A DNA stretch of 64,000 nucleotides from Hyphochytrium catenoides. Its lineage: Eukaryota; Protista; Hyphochytriomycota. The translations under genes and the position numbers were made by a program. Shown here piece after piece: positions 1 to 12,900 of the stretch; positions within the stretch are counted from its first letter, which is position 1, and the number at the start of each line of letters is the position of its first letter. The stretch covers positions 124,001 to 188,000 of the forward strand of contig FLMG01000368.1 of the NCBI GenBank assembly GCA_900088475.1. The letters run 5' to 3'. The notes beneath the pieces were generated by a model. The model made no database searches. It was given only the letters and a program-made list of their open reading frames with translations, and had not been told where the DNA came from.

Positions 1-3000
1 GGTCTGCACTACGTTCTACCTACTGCAATCCTTCTCTTTCCTTCCTCACTGTCTCTCTTCTCCTCCCTTTCTCCCTCAGCTTGTTTTCTCATGGAAAGCC
101 TCTCTCCTACTCCGGAGTGCCAGTACGACGACGATCATACTCTTTTCTTTCTTCTGCTGACTCACGTCCTTTCCTCACCTCGACCACCTTTCGTTTTCCT
201 TCCTTCCCTCCAGCTTGTCCCTTCTCATCTCTCGGTCTCCTCTGTTCACAAGCTCAGCCCCCAGCCAGTTGACAGACACACGGAAACTTCTCTCTCTCCG
301 TACTCTGTCTCTCCTGGTCCAGCTCTCCACCCACCAGACAGTCATAAACAGGGACTTCTCCTAGCATCAGACACAGAGTCTCCTCTGCCCTGTTCCCTTC
401 CCTCATTCTGACTTGTTTCCTCCCTCCTCTCTCTCATTCTCTCTTACTGTCTCCACCTGTCTTCTGGTTCTTCTTTCTCTCTGTCTCTACTTCTCTCCCC
501 CTCTTTCTGCTGTGGTCACTCCTCCTCTATGGACTCTTCTCTTGGCCTGCTCTTCGGTCACAAGAAAGATCTCAGGGACAGGCGGCCAGGATGGGTGGGA
601 CTCTATCTGCACGATGGCACCTTGAAGTCATTTATGCTGACCCACCCGCCATCGGCATAAGATATTGCAGGCCTCCTCATGTCTTTGGAATATTGTTGCC
701 TATAAAATGACAGCTCTGTCTTCCTCGTTCTGTCTCTGCTTTCTGTCGTGCAAATGAGACATTTTCAGGTGTGTTTGCCGTATATCTAAAGAAGCCCTAC
801 ATCTGTTAAGGGTCGAGAAGGCCCCCCTACAATCTCCTAACTGGAGAACGACACTCACTCTTTTACTTGTGTTTATATAGAGCCCAAAAGTGTCAGGCCC
901 ATCGCCCCCCTGGGGATGAAGGAGGCACCCCCATAGAGATCAGAGGCTAAATGTGACTCTCCCTTGCATCGTCCACCTGCCCTTTCTAGCTCAGAGTGGT
1001 AACTTTCTTCACACCTGCCCCTTCTTCCCTCCCTTTAGAACTACTGTACCTCTTTCTTCCTTGTCTCTTTCTTCCTCCTTCGTGTTGCTTGTGGAGGGGA
1101 AGGATGCCTGGTGATGGCTTCCTAAGAACAATATGACAGTCACGTTCACGCTGCTCCCTTTTGTCCTTCATCCCCGCGCATAGGTCTTCCTAGCCCAAAG
1201 GTAGCACTCGGCAAGCTAAATGCTGACGAGCCCCCGAGCTCCAATGGGAGACAGGCCTGCTGACTAAGAGGCTATAGACCAATCAGGTTGCTAGATACGT
1301 TGAAATGCCAGCCAATAGAGACGGAGTAATCGGACACTCGGGTTTTGATTGGTCCTTTAAGGTGTGTCACCGATTGCTTTCCTGCCTTGGAAAGCTGCGG
1401 GACGATCATAAGACCAAAGCCCGAGAGTACCGCTAACTGCCATATAGTGCCACGATATAATAGAATAAGAGATAGTCGTCCCAAGTGGCCGAAACAGATA
1501 TTAGTGGACCATAATAGCAGTTGCCGGCTATAGAAAGCTTCTTGAACATCGTAGGGTTAGTAACACTTAGGAGTCAGCGTCAGCCGGAGTACACGAATTG
1601 TTGTGAACGTTAGCCCCTCTCAAGGCAGAGGGTTCACACTTCACACTCAGCACCCTGGGATGCGGCCCAAAATTAGGACACCACCACCATCTTGCCCCTG
1701 TCACTTTGTGGCAGAAAGATCCTCTAGGTTGAGGGGCAGCCTTGCCTCGCAGCTCCTTTGGTGTCATCTTCTCATCTCACACTGGTCCTCTATTCGGCAC
1801 CACCCAATTTGGACACACTTCTCTTCCCGCCAAAAAGTGTACATTACGGGGCAAATTCGGCCCAGCACATTTGGCTGTGTCTCGGTCAGCGCAACAGCAC
1901 CAGAAAAGAGCCCAAACCTAAGTTATAAGACATTTGTAGGTGAGAGGAGAGAAGGCAAAGGTAAAAAGAAGGTAAAGTGCACTCTTTGGAAGAGACTTTT
2001 CGGCCAATATTGTCTTCCTTCACAAAGAGGTTGGGAAGCTGTTCTAGAGTAATAATAACAGTGAGGAAAACAAGCCTTCGAGCTGACTGGCAGGAGGTTT
2101 GCTCAATGGGCACAGATTGATAAAAGGGTTAGACCTACGGGGGTAGATATTTTCTAGCTGCGAGTTCAAGTTGATGCACAAACCCTATAAACCCTTTCGG
2201 TCATTCCGTACTTCGACATGAGGTGTAACTCTACCATTACGACTAAGGGAAGGTTGATAAAGAGGGCTACTAGTCCAGCGCCTTGCCTTGTACAGTACTC
2301 CCCCGCCATCTCCATCATCACTACTACCCTATGTCTTACCAGTCTAGAGTGGCAACCCAAGCCTGTTCTGTCGCCTCACCCCGCCACGTTGCCCTCCAAG
2401 TGCAGTAGGCGTGTAGTAAGTTATAGGGGCGATCTGAGAAACTTCTGTTGGCCAAGCTGAGCCCCATCCTCTATGAGAATCCCTTGGTAAGTACAGAGTA
2501 GTTCTTCATAGATGACAGACAAGATCCAAGCTTTGGCTCCCACTTGGTCGGCTCCCCAGAGCTTCATCTCTGCTTGCCTTGCCAGAAAGCCCGAGCGTAT
2601 AGCTGCGTCTCTTTCCTCCCCTTCCTCCTCTTCTTCATCTTGCGATCTTTGCTTCCCTTTCGTTCTCCATCATGCAGCAGGAGAGGGACAGTGAGGCGCC
2701 TTTGTCAACAAGAGAGTTGTCCAACGTTCTAAGTAAATTATACCGAACAGCCAAATATTATCAGGATCGCGGCGTTATCTAAGGGGAAAGTGACTACTTA
2801 CTACCTGAATATTTTCTCGACAATGCTGGAAAGTGTATGGACTCTTTATAACGCGATCCTTTCTGGCCAAAGTAGGGGGTGGAAAGCGATCAGGGCTGCC
2901 ACGCTGGAGTAGGGGCGTGGATGACGCAGCCTCGCCCTAGACACCTCTTCACTGTACTTAACCTGCAATTGTGCTCACATTCCAAGGGCAGACATTCCAG

Positions 3001-3137
3001 TTTGATCATAGATAGGACAGCCAAAGGACAGGGCGAGTGCGAGGTCAATGAAATGAGAGCGACGCTCACTATTTGGACAGGTTGTCTGACAGCCAATGCA
3101 GGCAAGCAATCCAATAAAGTGATATTTTGATATTTTC

Positions 3138-3694
3138 CTACAAGCAAACAGTCACGCTTTCTCGTGCTTGGGTACGACAGACGTGTATACTCGTTGTCTG
3201 TAGCTTTCCGTCACCTTCTGCAGTTATGGCAGACCTACAGAGAAAGCCAGAAAGCTCTGACAAGTTAAGATGTAGGTATGGGTCGTCTTTCTGACTCTTC
3301 AGACCCACCTTACGACTTGACGACGTCTGGGTGACCCTTGAGGCTCTGTCCAAGAGCCGCAGCCCAACAGCGATACGCCAGAGTGCCTTTTCTTTGAAAG
3401 CTTGTCATGTCTGATCTGGTTGTCTGGTCCATTTCTGCCTCGTCTCACTCTTTTTTTATCATCACTATCTGCACTATGCTGTCCCTTCTTGGCTACTTGT
3501 AGGTCATAGATTTGTTTGCGCTTGTTTCTGGTTGGAGCTATTGAAGCACCTGTAGCAGATTCAGCTATTATGTCAGTTGGCATCGCTATGTGCGCTTGTG
3601 AAGCTCCTCTTACTACTGGTTCCGTCAGCGAGGCCTGTGATCCGCTGGCATTAAGGATAGAATTGAGCACTTCGGGTGATATGTCAGCTATCAA
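3138..3694 (-). CDS. Possible hypothetical protein, K/R-rich, probably spliced
   Basis: 131-aa ORF without an ATG. A plausible GT..AG intron at about 3236-3308 links it to ORF 3138-3353. No recognisable domain. Confidence 0.2.
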
Positions 3695-3942
3695 AAGTTT
3701 GTCTATTTATCCATATAGCTTGCGGTCACCATCATATAGCAAGCAAAGACTATTCCTCAGTTTATTGCCCTATCTGTACCCTAAATATATCCCTAGATGT
3801 AAGGTTGATTGTCTCTAGAAAGACAACCGCGACGTAGTGCGTGGCTTCCTCTAACACGGATGATCGCGGCATTATAGCCTCGTACATCCTGCTACACATA
3901 GCGCAATGCCGCACTAAACTTCTTGTCCACAGAGTAATAGCC

Positions 3943-6900
3943 CTAATGTGCCATTATGAGGGGACCATAGCCCAAATTGTTGATGGCCCTGGCGCGTACA
4001 TAATACTCGCGTCCTGGCGTCAAACCTGTTATGACATAGGCACGGACTGAGTATAGCTGCAGGTCCATGTCGCCGCCCGTAAACACGGGGCAACCATGGC
4101 CAGGCCGCAAGGAGACAGCACCAAGACTTGCACTAGCAACTTGCGCGACGCAACCGGTGTTGCCAAGCACGATTGCTTGCCCCGAGCTCAGCACTGGGGA
4201 TAGATCGAGGGTTGGGAGAACGGTGATAATGTCCCCTGCCAGCCTCCGGACGCAGGCCTCACAAACTCGGACATTGAAGTCTCCCGGAGGCAACGGAGCA
4301 CCCTGTGTTCCGGAAATCAGAGCTGTCTCCAATGTATCTTCTTCAGATTGCGTAACCTTGCCAATCACGTCAAGGTGTTCGGCGGTGCAAGACTCTGGCA
4401 GTCCTTGTCCTTCCATGCCGTCGAGGCCAGGTCCATAGGGCATGGTAATCGCATTTCTCAGCACACTCACCGGACCGGTACACGACACGTCATCATCCCA
4501 AGTAATCAGCGAGACGTCACCAACAGGAATACCTGTGACTGGCGATGGTCCGAAAGTGATATAGTAGACGTACCCATAGTCCCATGCAGCGGAGCCGTCA
4601 CCTTCTCGTCGGACTGTGACGCCGTCAAACCGTGCCGGAAACAGCCCTTGCAGCGCCGTCTCAATATCACTGGCGGCTGCATCCCAGGAGAGGCACACCG
4701 TAGACTGACCATCAACCACCCACTTCCAACTCTGTGCCGGCAAAAGAGGGACACCAGCAGGGGAAGAGATGGAGATAATCTGCACTTCACTGCGGTCACC
4801 GCATTGGCTGTTGAAGGTATCCAGCGTGTCCCACTCTACTTGGAAACTGTGTGGGGCATCGCCACCAGTAAAGGCTGGGAGCTCCCACTGAACCAGAATG
4901 GAGGAGGCTGAATTTGGACGTGCCACTACATTCCTCAGTTCGGAGGGATGGAGAGGAGCTGGCTTGAGACCAGGGGGCCACGCGGATGCGGGAGATCCCA
5001 TGCCGACTTGATTGTAGGCAGAGACGCGAACATACCACTTATTAGTGGAGCTAAGATTATTGATGACTAGGCTATGCGAAAGCCTGCCCACAGTTGGTTG
5101 AGAGGCTCCTTTCCTGACCTCAACGACTGTACCCGAGGGATTGTTGGTGCCAGGAGTAAAGATTAGCATTGGTACATCACCTCTCTCACTGAGGAAAGTG
5201 ATAAGGATTTCATCTGAGGGGCTTGAGGCACAAATAGTAGTTTGACTGCCTCCTGCAGCCACAACGATGGCCGCCACGCCCAACGCTGTGCTCATAATGA
5301 GCTTGAACTAGAAGGAAGAAGAGAGAAGAGCCCGGTTAGTCATACGAACAAGAGAAGTGCAGAGTCGCTTAAGTGAGAGCAAACATAGTATGCCTCTTTA
5401 CTAGCCACAAGCAGTAGATATGGACTTACTTCAGAGAGCGTAGTAGTGGTTGCTATTAGGGCAGTTCTCCCCATATACGTCAGTGTGAAGTCGCCATCGG
5501 CAGTAACCGTACAAGTCAGAGCTTGCACCTCACTGACAGAGCCCAAGGTGATGGAAGGACCAAAGGGTCCCTGCAGACCGTGGTAATAGTGCCGCACACA
5601 AACGTCTCGAGTAGGACTGCTGCAGAGCAGGAGATCTTCACCAGAAACTGACATTTTGTACCCAGGGGGATCACGGTAGAGGGAGTCAAAACCACGATGC
5701 TGGTTTCCGGTAGCTGGCTTGGTAGTGTAGGTCACCATCCACGCATAGCCCTGGAAGATGAGTCGTTAGAGACAAAGACGACCCCAAAACTAAGGAAACT
5801 CTAAATCCTGGAGTTTCCAGCGCAAACACCACTCACTTGAGGCAGGAGGTTTCTCGTCACGGTAACCGTATCAATATTGCAGAGCCTCGCAAGCTGTCGC
5901 TTGACCTCTTCCGCACTGGCATCGAAGGCTAGTTGTTTCGTCCGCTGACCGTCAAAAGTCAAGAAAAATGACCCACCCAGATAAGGGAAAGTGCCGGACG
6001 CTATAGCAGCAGTCAGAACGTTAGCCTCTCTTCTCCAGCTGGAGAGCCAGATGCTTGTAACAAAACACTTACCGAGGGTAGGAGAAGACACTGTGATCAT
6101 CTGTACTTCTGGTATGTGCGCTGCCAAATGCGCAGGTACCATTCTTGATCCTCCGCCCAAGAGCGCATTAGTGAAGCTAGGCACATTGTCCCATTCAACC
6201 TATGCATGACAGAAGCAAAGCCGAATTAGCTTCTGCAATGCTCTTTATGGGCTCGTTTACTGTCAGGAGTGGTGGTTGATAAAAGAAAACGTAGTGTGAA
6301 ATGCTTTGCCTACCCGATATTGCGTCACCTCTCTACCACCGATATCCAGCGGGGTCCCCCATTGGACCAGGAGCTCAGAGTCAGAAACGACTTCTAGCTG
6401 TACATTTTGAGGTGCAGATGGCGGACTGGCAGAAATAGGGACGGAAACACCAGTTGCCGAATCCTCAGGCAGAGTCCACCCTGCGGAGTTATGAGCGGAA
6501 ACACGAAGGAAGTAGGGTTCTCCTTTACTGAGATCCGTCAGAACCACCTCCTGGGTCGGGGTAACCTTAAGCCAGGCTGAATCTTTGGCCGTAAGGTTAT
6601 TCCTATTTCCATCCAAGGCTCCTAAAGCTCCGCCACAGGACGAAGACAAAAACGTCACTCTCCATGAAAACCCATTCTGGTTTGTCCGGCGCTTCACCTG
6701 GGCCGAACAAACCGAGCTTAGCTGCTCAAGGGCGGCTTTTACGTCTTCTGCACCCGCGGAACTGGGAATAGGTGGCGTCGTCTCCAGACGGTATAGTGGC
6801 GCGAAAGACGGTCTAGCAACCGCGACACTGATTGGACCGACAAGATCCCCATGGAACGCACTGCACCCATTTACTCCGACATCTATAATCTCGAGCAAAG

Positions 6901-9900
6901 GTTGGTCTCCTTTGACCTCTTCACCTGTGAACGTGACGTAATAAGTGACCAGAGTCTCTGACGGTGACAGGGATCTAATGTCTCGAGATATCTGTTGGAT
7001 ACAGTGAGGCAGAGACGTCAGGCTCGGCCAAGTAGAGACTCTTAGACCATTTAATACTCACCTTAACGCGGTCGATATTATGAAGCGTTTCGATCTCTTG
7101 CTGGAAGGCGAGGATATCTGTCCCCTCCGCTGCTGGCCCCGTGGCCCATCGGATGCAGCCTGCTGAAAGCCTTTGACTTATCCCATCACCTCCAGTCAGT
7201 GTGGTAGCTGTTATCTGTCCTTTGAATTTCAGTCGAAAGCCTCCGGAGTCATAAATGGCCGGACTGTTCGTGCTGAACGAGAAGGTCACTTTTTGAACTG
7301 ATGGCGTTGCGCCTATCAAAGCTGCTGAATTAAGCTCTTTACTGACAGTGGCATCCTGCAACATTGCCAAGGGTAATTCGGTTGCTGTCAGTCCTGGACA
7401 GGTACACGGTTCTTCCGCCAGTCCTGCGGTGCATACAGACTTCACTCTGGCTAGTTGACCTAGGACTGGGTGGCCCACCCTGACATAGTCTCCACAAGCG
7501 AGTCTTGTACGCATATCCATGGGTATGAGGGAAGGGCCGTTCCAGCCAGTCCGTAAGCTGGTGCTTTGAGCATAAAGACCAGTTACAGAGCCCACCGCTG
7601 TGCTCAACCTATGGATCGCCACAAAGGTTTCTGTAGCCCCAGCATACTGTGCAGGCATAAACGGGTTCCCGCTTTGGCAGATAGGGAAGACGCTTGGCCC
7701 CCAGTGGACATACAGTGTGGCCAAAGGAGGAGACGAAGTAATGTCGCAGGAGGACCCAGCTTTTACCGAGAGCGACGTATCACCAGAACTGGGGCTGGTC
7801 GCCATAATCAAAGTACAGCCTGCTCATCACACGTATCAGCGCATCAAGCTTTAGTCTTCAAAGTATGGAGCTCGGTTCATAGATACTTGTCAATACACCT
7901 TCGCACACTCACCGTTTAGGCCAACCTCGGTATCCTCCACCAACACGTCGGCCTCTGAAGTAGTCAACGCACTAGACAAGAGAATAGTTGATAGACCATC
8001 GAAGCTGGATACGCGCTCTCGAAGCAGAGGATCTCCAAATGACGGGTCCAAACAGACCTACAGGTGACAACATAAACGATATCAAGAGTAAGATAAACGT
8101 GTAAGTGAACATACAGATGTTTTGACGGCATTGGTGGCACCAAACCCACGCAAAACTAACCTGATACTCATGACCCCTGATTTTCACGAACTCGCCTCTT
8201 GCGACACTCGTCATTGTGTTTGCCCCTCCCAATCCAAGCAACGAATTTGGGTGAACTCGATGCACAAAACTCTGCCCTTGTCGGACCTGCTCAGCAAGCG
8301 GCAAAGTTAAGCAAGTGTCCTTTTCTAGCCAACAAACAAAGGGGTCAGCTGGTCACTTGCCTTGAAGTACGTATATGACCCATCTCCTCCTCTACCACCA
8401 AGGCGTTTGGAGAAGCTTCCCCTATAGTCCTCTAGAGTAAGGGAAAAGTTGGTGGTGGACCCAAACGGGCCACTGTAGGCACCGGTTGTGATGGTCTGGA
8501 CGTTAAAGGCTGGTGGCAGGATCATGGTTCTAGCTTGGGGTGAATCGAAAGAAGGTGTCGTGTCATACTCAACCTTAAATTGATCGATATCAGCACCATT
8601 TGTTTCGGGAGAACCATCAAACCAAACCTACAATGACAGACAGTAAGATATCGTCATATGATACAGACCCCACACAAGGTCTTGCTTCCGCATACCTTCA
8701 AGCTCGTCGAAGAGGTTGGCCTAGAACCCAGGTTTTTTACGGGACCAGGAGGTCCAACAACTTTGGTGGCACCAGGTTCTGTGATTGCGTACATGCCGTA
8801 GCCTAAGTCGCTCGCAGCGGAGACTCTGACATAGTATTCCATTCCTATTTTGAGTGACCGAAATGATGTTTGTTACGAAGTTGAGCTACGATTGAGCGTC
8901 TAAACTAAAGAACACGCATACCTGCTCTGAGGTTCGTGATAGTCCAGTTTGAGTTGATCGTAGATGGGACCACAGCGCTGCCATAATTGGATGGCGCTAC
9001 ACCTGGTACGTCAACGCCAATGGAGGGTGTACCAGCTCCTAATAGGCGATAGTTATTAACCTCAAATTTGGCTTGTGCCCCCAAGTTTGTGAGAAATGTA
9101 ATTAGCCACGTAATGGCGCTAGCATCCTCCCTGCGAGCCACGCGAAGAGAACCAACACCTGGCAGAGTCTCAAGAATCGATCTTATCTCTTCGCCAGTAG
9201 CTTGATAGGAGATATTTTGGGTGGAGTGCTTCATTAACAAACTTCCCCGGGTTATGGGCTCCCCATTGAACGTAGCAGTAACACTAGGGTCTGCCATCAT
9301 CGCCAGCGGAATATGCGTACTGTTGAATTCCCTAGACGTGTCCGTTGACACCCTAAAGTTCCTGCCGCCGACTGAAATCGCATCCCCTCGATCTAGGATG
9401 TAACGAAGGTCGGACTCTGTGGCGGCAGTAGCCGAACCGGCCCTTACCGAGATCAGACTTGGTGAAATGACTTTAAAAGCGCCGAAGCTGATTCGAAAAG
9501 TCCCACTAACGGGCTTAGGGCTGAAGGTGATGCTTTGGACTTCTGGAACCCCAAGGAGTGGACCCACTGCACCCTTTGTAAACCATTCAACCTTGTAGCT
9601 CTTGACATCACCAAGATCAGGCGCCGGAGGAGGGCCCCAGAGAGCCATCAGAGAAGATCCTGCAAGGACGCCTACGAACCACAGTTCGTAACCCAGAGCC
9701 AGATAGGTGGTCAGTTGCAATGTCAAGTTGGGCCTGAAGTTGCTACATTATACTCGCGACTCTAAACCTCCAACGTACTCACCCTGAATAACCCTAAGCG
9801 ACGAGGGAGGAAGTAGCCGTCTTCTTGGAACTTCAGATTCCGGCATCGTAGGAGTGAAAGGCCCTGCTCCGCCTTGATAGTTCATTGCGTAAAGACGAAC

Positions 9901-12900
9901 GTAGTACCTCTTGCCAGGCAAGAGCCCTAATCATTTGCCAACTTTGTTAGGTTCCCCATTGCGGAGACACTTTACATGTTGGTTCTAGCTTTACCTGATA
10001 TGATGAACTCCCCAGCGGTGAGGGTTGTAGCAAAGCCAATTGGCTTTGCACCTAACCCTGAGTTGAAGGCTGGTGAAAGGTCCCATTCAATAACATAGGA
10101 ATTTACACCATCCCCGCCATCATAACTTGGCGGGCCAAATTTAACTTGCAAAGAGTTCCAAGTATAAAGGTACAGCCCGGGTTTCCTGTCAAAGGCGAAC
10201 TGTGCCGTGGGTGCTGATGGGCTCTGGTAGGGCACTGTGATGCCTACTGGAGCCGTCAGACGTTGATAGCCTGATAATAATAAAAAGGATTAGCCCAAAG
10301 TAGACACAAGTCAACACAGCTGAGACGTGTTCTTACCGAGACCCAGAGCACCCTTGGCTGATACACGGGCATAATAGGACTGTCCAGGAGTCAGCCCAGT
10401 GATCACATACGATTGGATTCCAGCCCTCTGGTTGTTAGCTGGTACCTCCAAGCAGGTTCCCCCACCACAGTAATTAGCACCAGCGGGTTTTGCCCCTGTC
10501 GCGTTAGCAAAATCAGATAAAAGAAGAGTTCTGTGCCCAAAGGTCTCAGTATGCCCTCAAACCTGCTGTATCCAAGGCGACGGTGACGCTGGCGGGGGCC
10601 GCGGTGGAGGAGGAAACATAATTTAGGACTGAAAGAAGTGGCTGTCGATCGACAGCTGATGTGAAGGTTACGGTGTAGGCATAGGATTGAGGGGAGGCGC
10701 CAGTGCTTCTCTTCACGTTTACAGCACCTAAAGTAAAGAAGATGATGCGATCAGCCTCGACCCCTCGCATGGTATCTTTGATAAACCGTACCTATGTCAG
10801 GTAGGTTCTCTAACGCTCTTTTCACTGCACTCTCGGTCGCATCATAGGGTAATTCATTGGTCCAGGATGACAGACGTCCCATACGGAACGTCCCAGTAAG
10901 GTCCTCTCCTGATATTGTGACCACTTGCACCTCTGCGGTGTAGTCGTCAAAGGGCTTGGAACTCCATTCTACGAGGTAAGACGAGATTACACTCCCTCCA
11001 TCTCCTACAAGATCGCTATGGTGTCCTTGGCGAGGATACCGCCAGCTAACTCTCAAGCTTGTGCCCTTCTCCCGAGGAGATGCATCTGCGTCTTCTTCCA
11101 ATGTGTCTAGAGTCACAGGATAGGCGGGAGGATCGGGCTTTGTCATTGGGGTGACGGGCAATGAGGTTGAAGGCTCTCCATAACCCAAGGAATTGTGAGC
11201 TTTGACCCGCACGTGGTAACGCGTGCCCATTTTCAGATTTTGTATCAGGTACGCGTAAGTATTCATATGATGCAAGGAGAGTGCTACAGAGCTAAAGTCT
11301 GCACAGGTCGTAGCTAGTGGTGTCAGGGTGACACTATTACCAGAAACGGTGGATACCTAACGAAAATCCGGAGGTTAGATCGTACTTGCTATTGGCGAAG
11401 TGACTCCGATGCAGTACACCCGATTCATACCTTTGCCACACAGTTTCTTTGGGCTTTGTCAATGACCAAGGTCATTCCAGCCTCTATGGTAGATAAATAG
11501 CTACTGGTATCAACAGTCAGAGTTAAAACGAAGCCGCTGGACACTAAATCCGTGCTACAACTATCACAGATCTTTCTTGTGAAGCTTCTGACAGTGTTCG
11601 CTGCAGTTAAGCCAAATTGTAAGTGACTCCTAAAAGGCCATGCATTTCGAAGTGCCCAGCCCCACTTGGCTTCTTACCGCTGCTAACAGAAATCTCATGA
11701 AAATCCATTGGTCGGCCGGAGTTGGATGAGAAGGTTGGCAGTGTGTCCCACTCAATCATGAACCTGGAGACGAGTACGTCGTGAGAGGTAAAAGCGGTCA
11801 CTAGGCAAAGGTTAGGTATAGGAGATCACTTACTTGTCAACTGATTCGAGTCCAAGCCATAAGCTGGGATCCGAGAAGGCAACCTCCACCGTAGTCGCGG
11901 AGAAAGTGAGGGGTGAGCCCACGAGGCCGTTGGAAATTAGCCATGGAACTTCCAAGGTCGGCGGTAGAGGAAGCTGTCTCACGGCAATATCATTGGAAAG
12001 CGAAACCGCGGCTTCACAATCCAGTAGACCGAATTCACAGGTAGGTACCGCTACGGTAACCATAGGGCTATGGCCCCGACTATTCGCGGCGCGAACACGC
12101 ACGCGGTATGTTCCGCCAGGAGTTAAGTTAGTCAAGGTCACCACTAGATTGTCTGTCTCTCCTCCGTCTGTATGATAATATGTTACCCAGTTATCCGGAG
12201 ACATCACCTCGATAGTCATCGGCAACATACTCGCGCTGTAAAACTAACCATCAGTACAGAGATCATGTACACTGATTTTGTGTTCTACCTACCTGTGATA
12301 TAAGCACTTATGGTTTGATGAGGCCGAATAGTCTACTGAGACCCCATTCCAAGGTGACAACACGGAGTTCAGCGTAAGAGTGCAAGAGTAGAACGCTGTG
12401 AGTGAAGTCAATCTAATTGTCCTCGGCAGCAGACCAGGAGTGAGGCCAATATCTGATGAAATTGTCACCCTGTTGCCTAGCAAACAAATCTCCATCAGTT
12501 GTCATTTTGTGGGACGTTGAAGGTAAGCACAGAGCACCTGTCATGAGACGAGCGCACCCGGAACAAGCAGTTGTAGCTGCAAATCCATCTTTTGAATGTT
12601 CTATCACGTAGCCTATTATAGGAGATCCTTGTGCCACTCCTGGTGACCAGCGGACTGAGAGTTTCGTTCGGTCGTTCCATACAGCGTACACCTACATTGT
12701 GAGAAAAGCAGTTATATAGTCATCTCTTTAGGGTTCTAGTTTGAGCTATTCCCTGGCCCTTACTTTGGCATCTGCTGGAGGCTTTGGAGGAGCCGCCGGG
12801 AAATAAGGATTAGCAGGAAAGCTCTGGAAAGGTCCAGTGCCGACGGCGTTTGTTGCAGCAATTCTTAGATGGTAACCTTTCCCCGAGGCCAGACGGCCAC

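Noticed and set aside
81-625. Plus-strand S/L/P-rich ORFs
   Set aside because: They are by-products of CT-rich low-complexity sequence.
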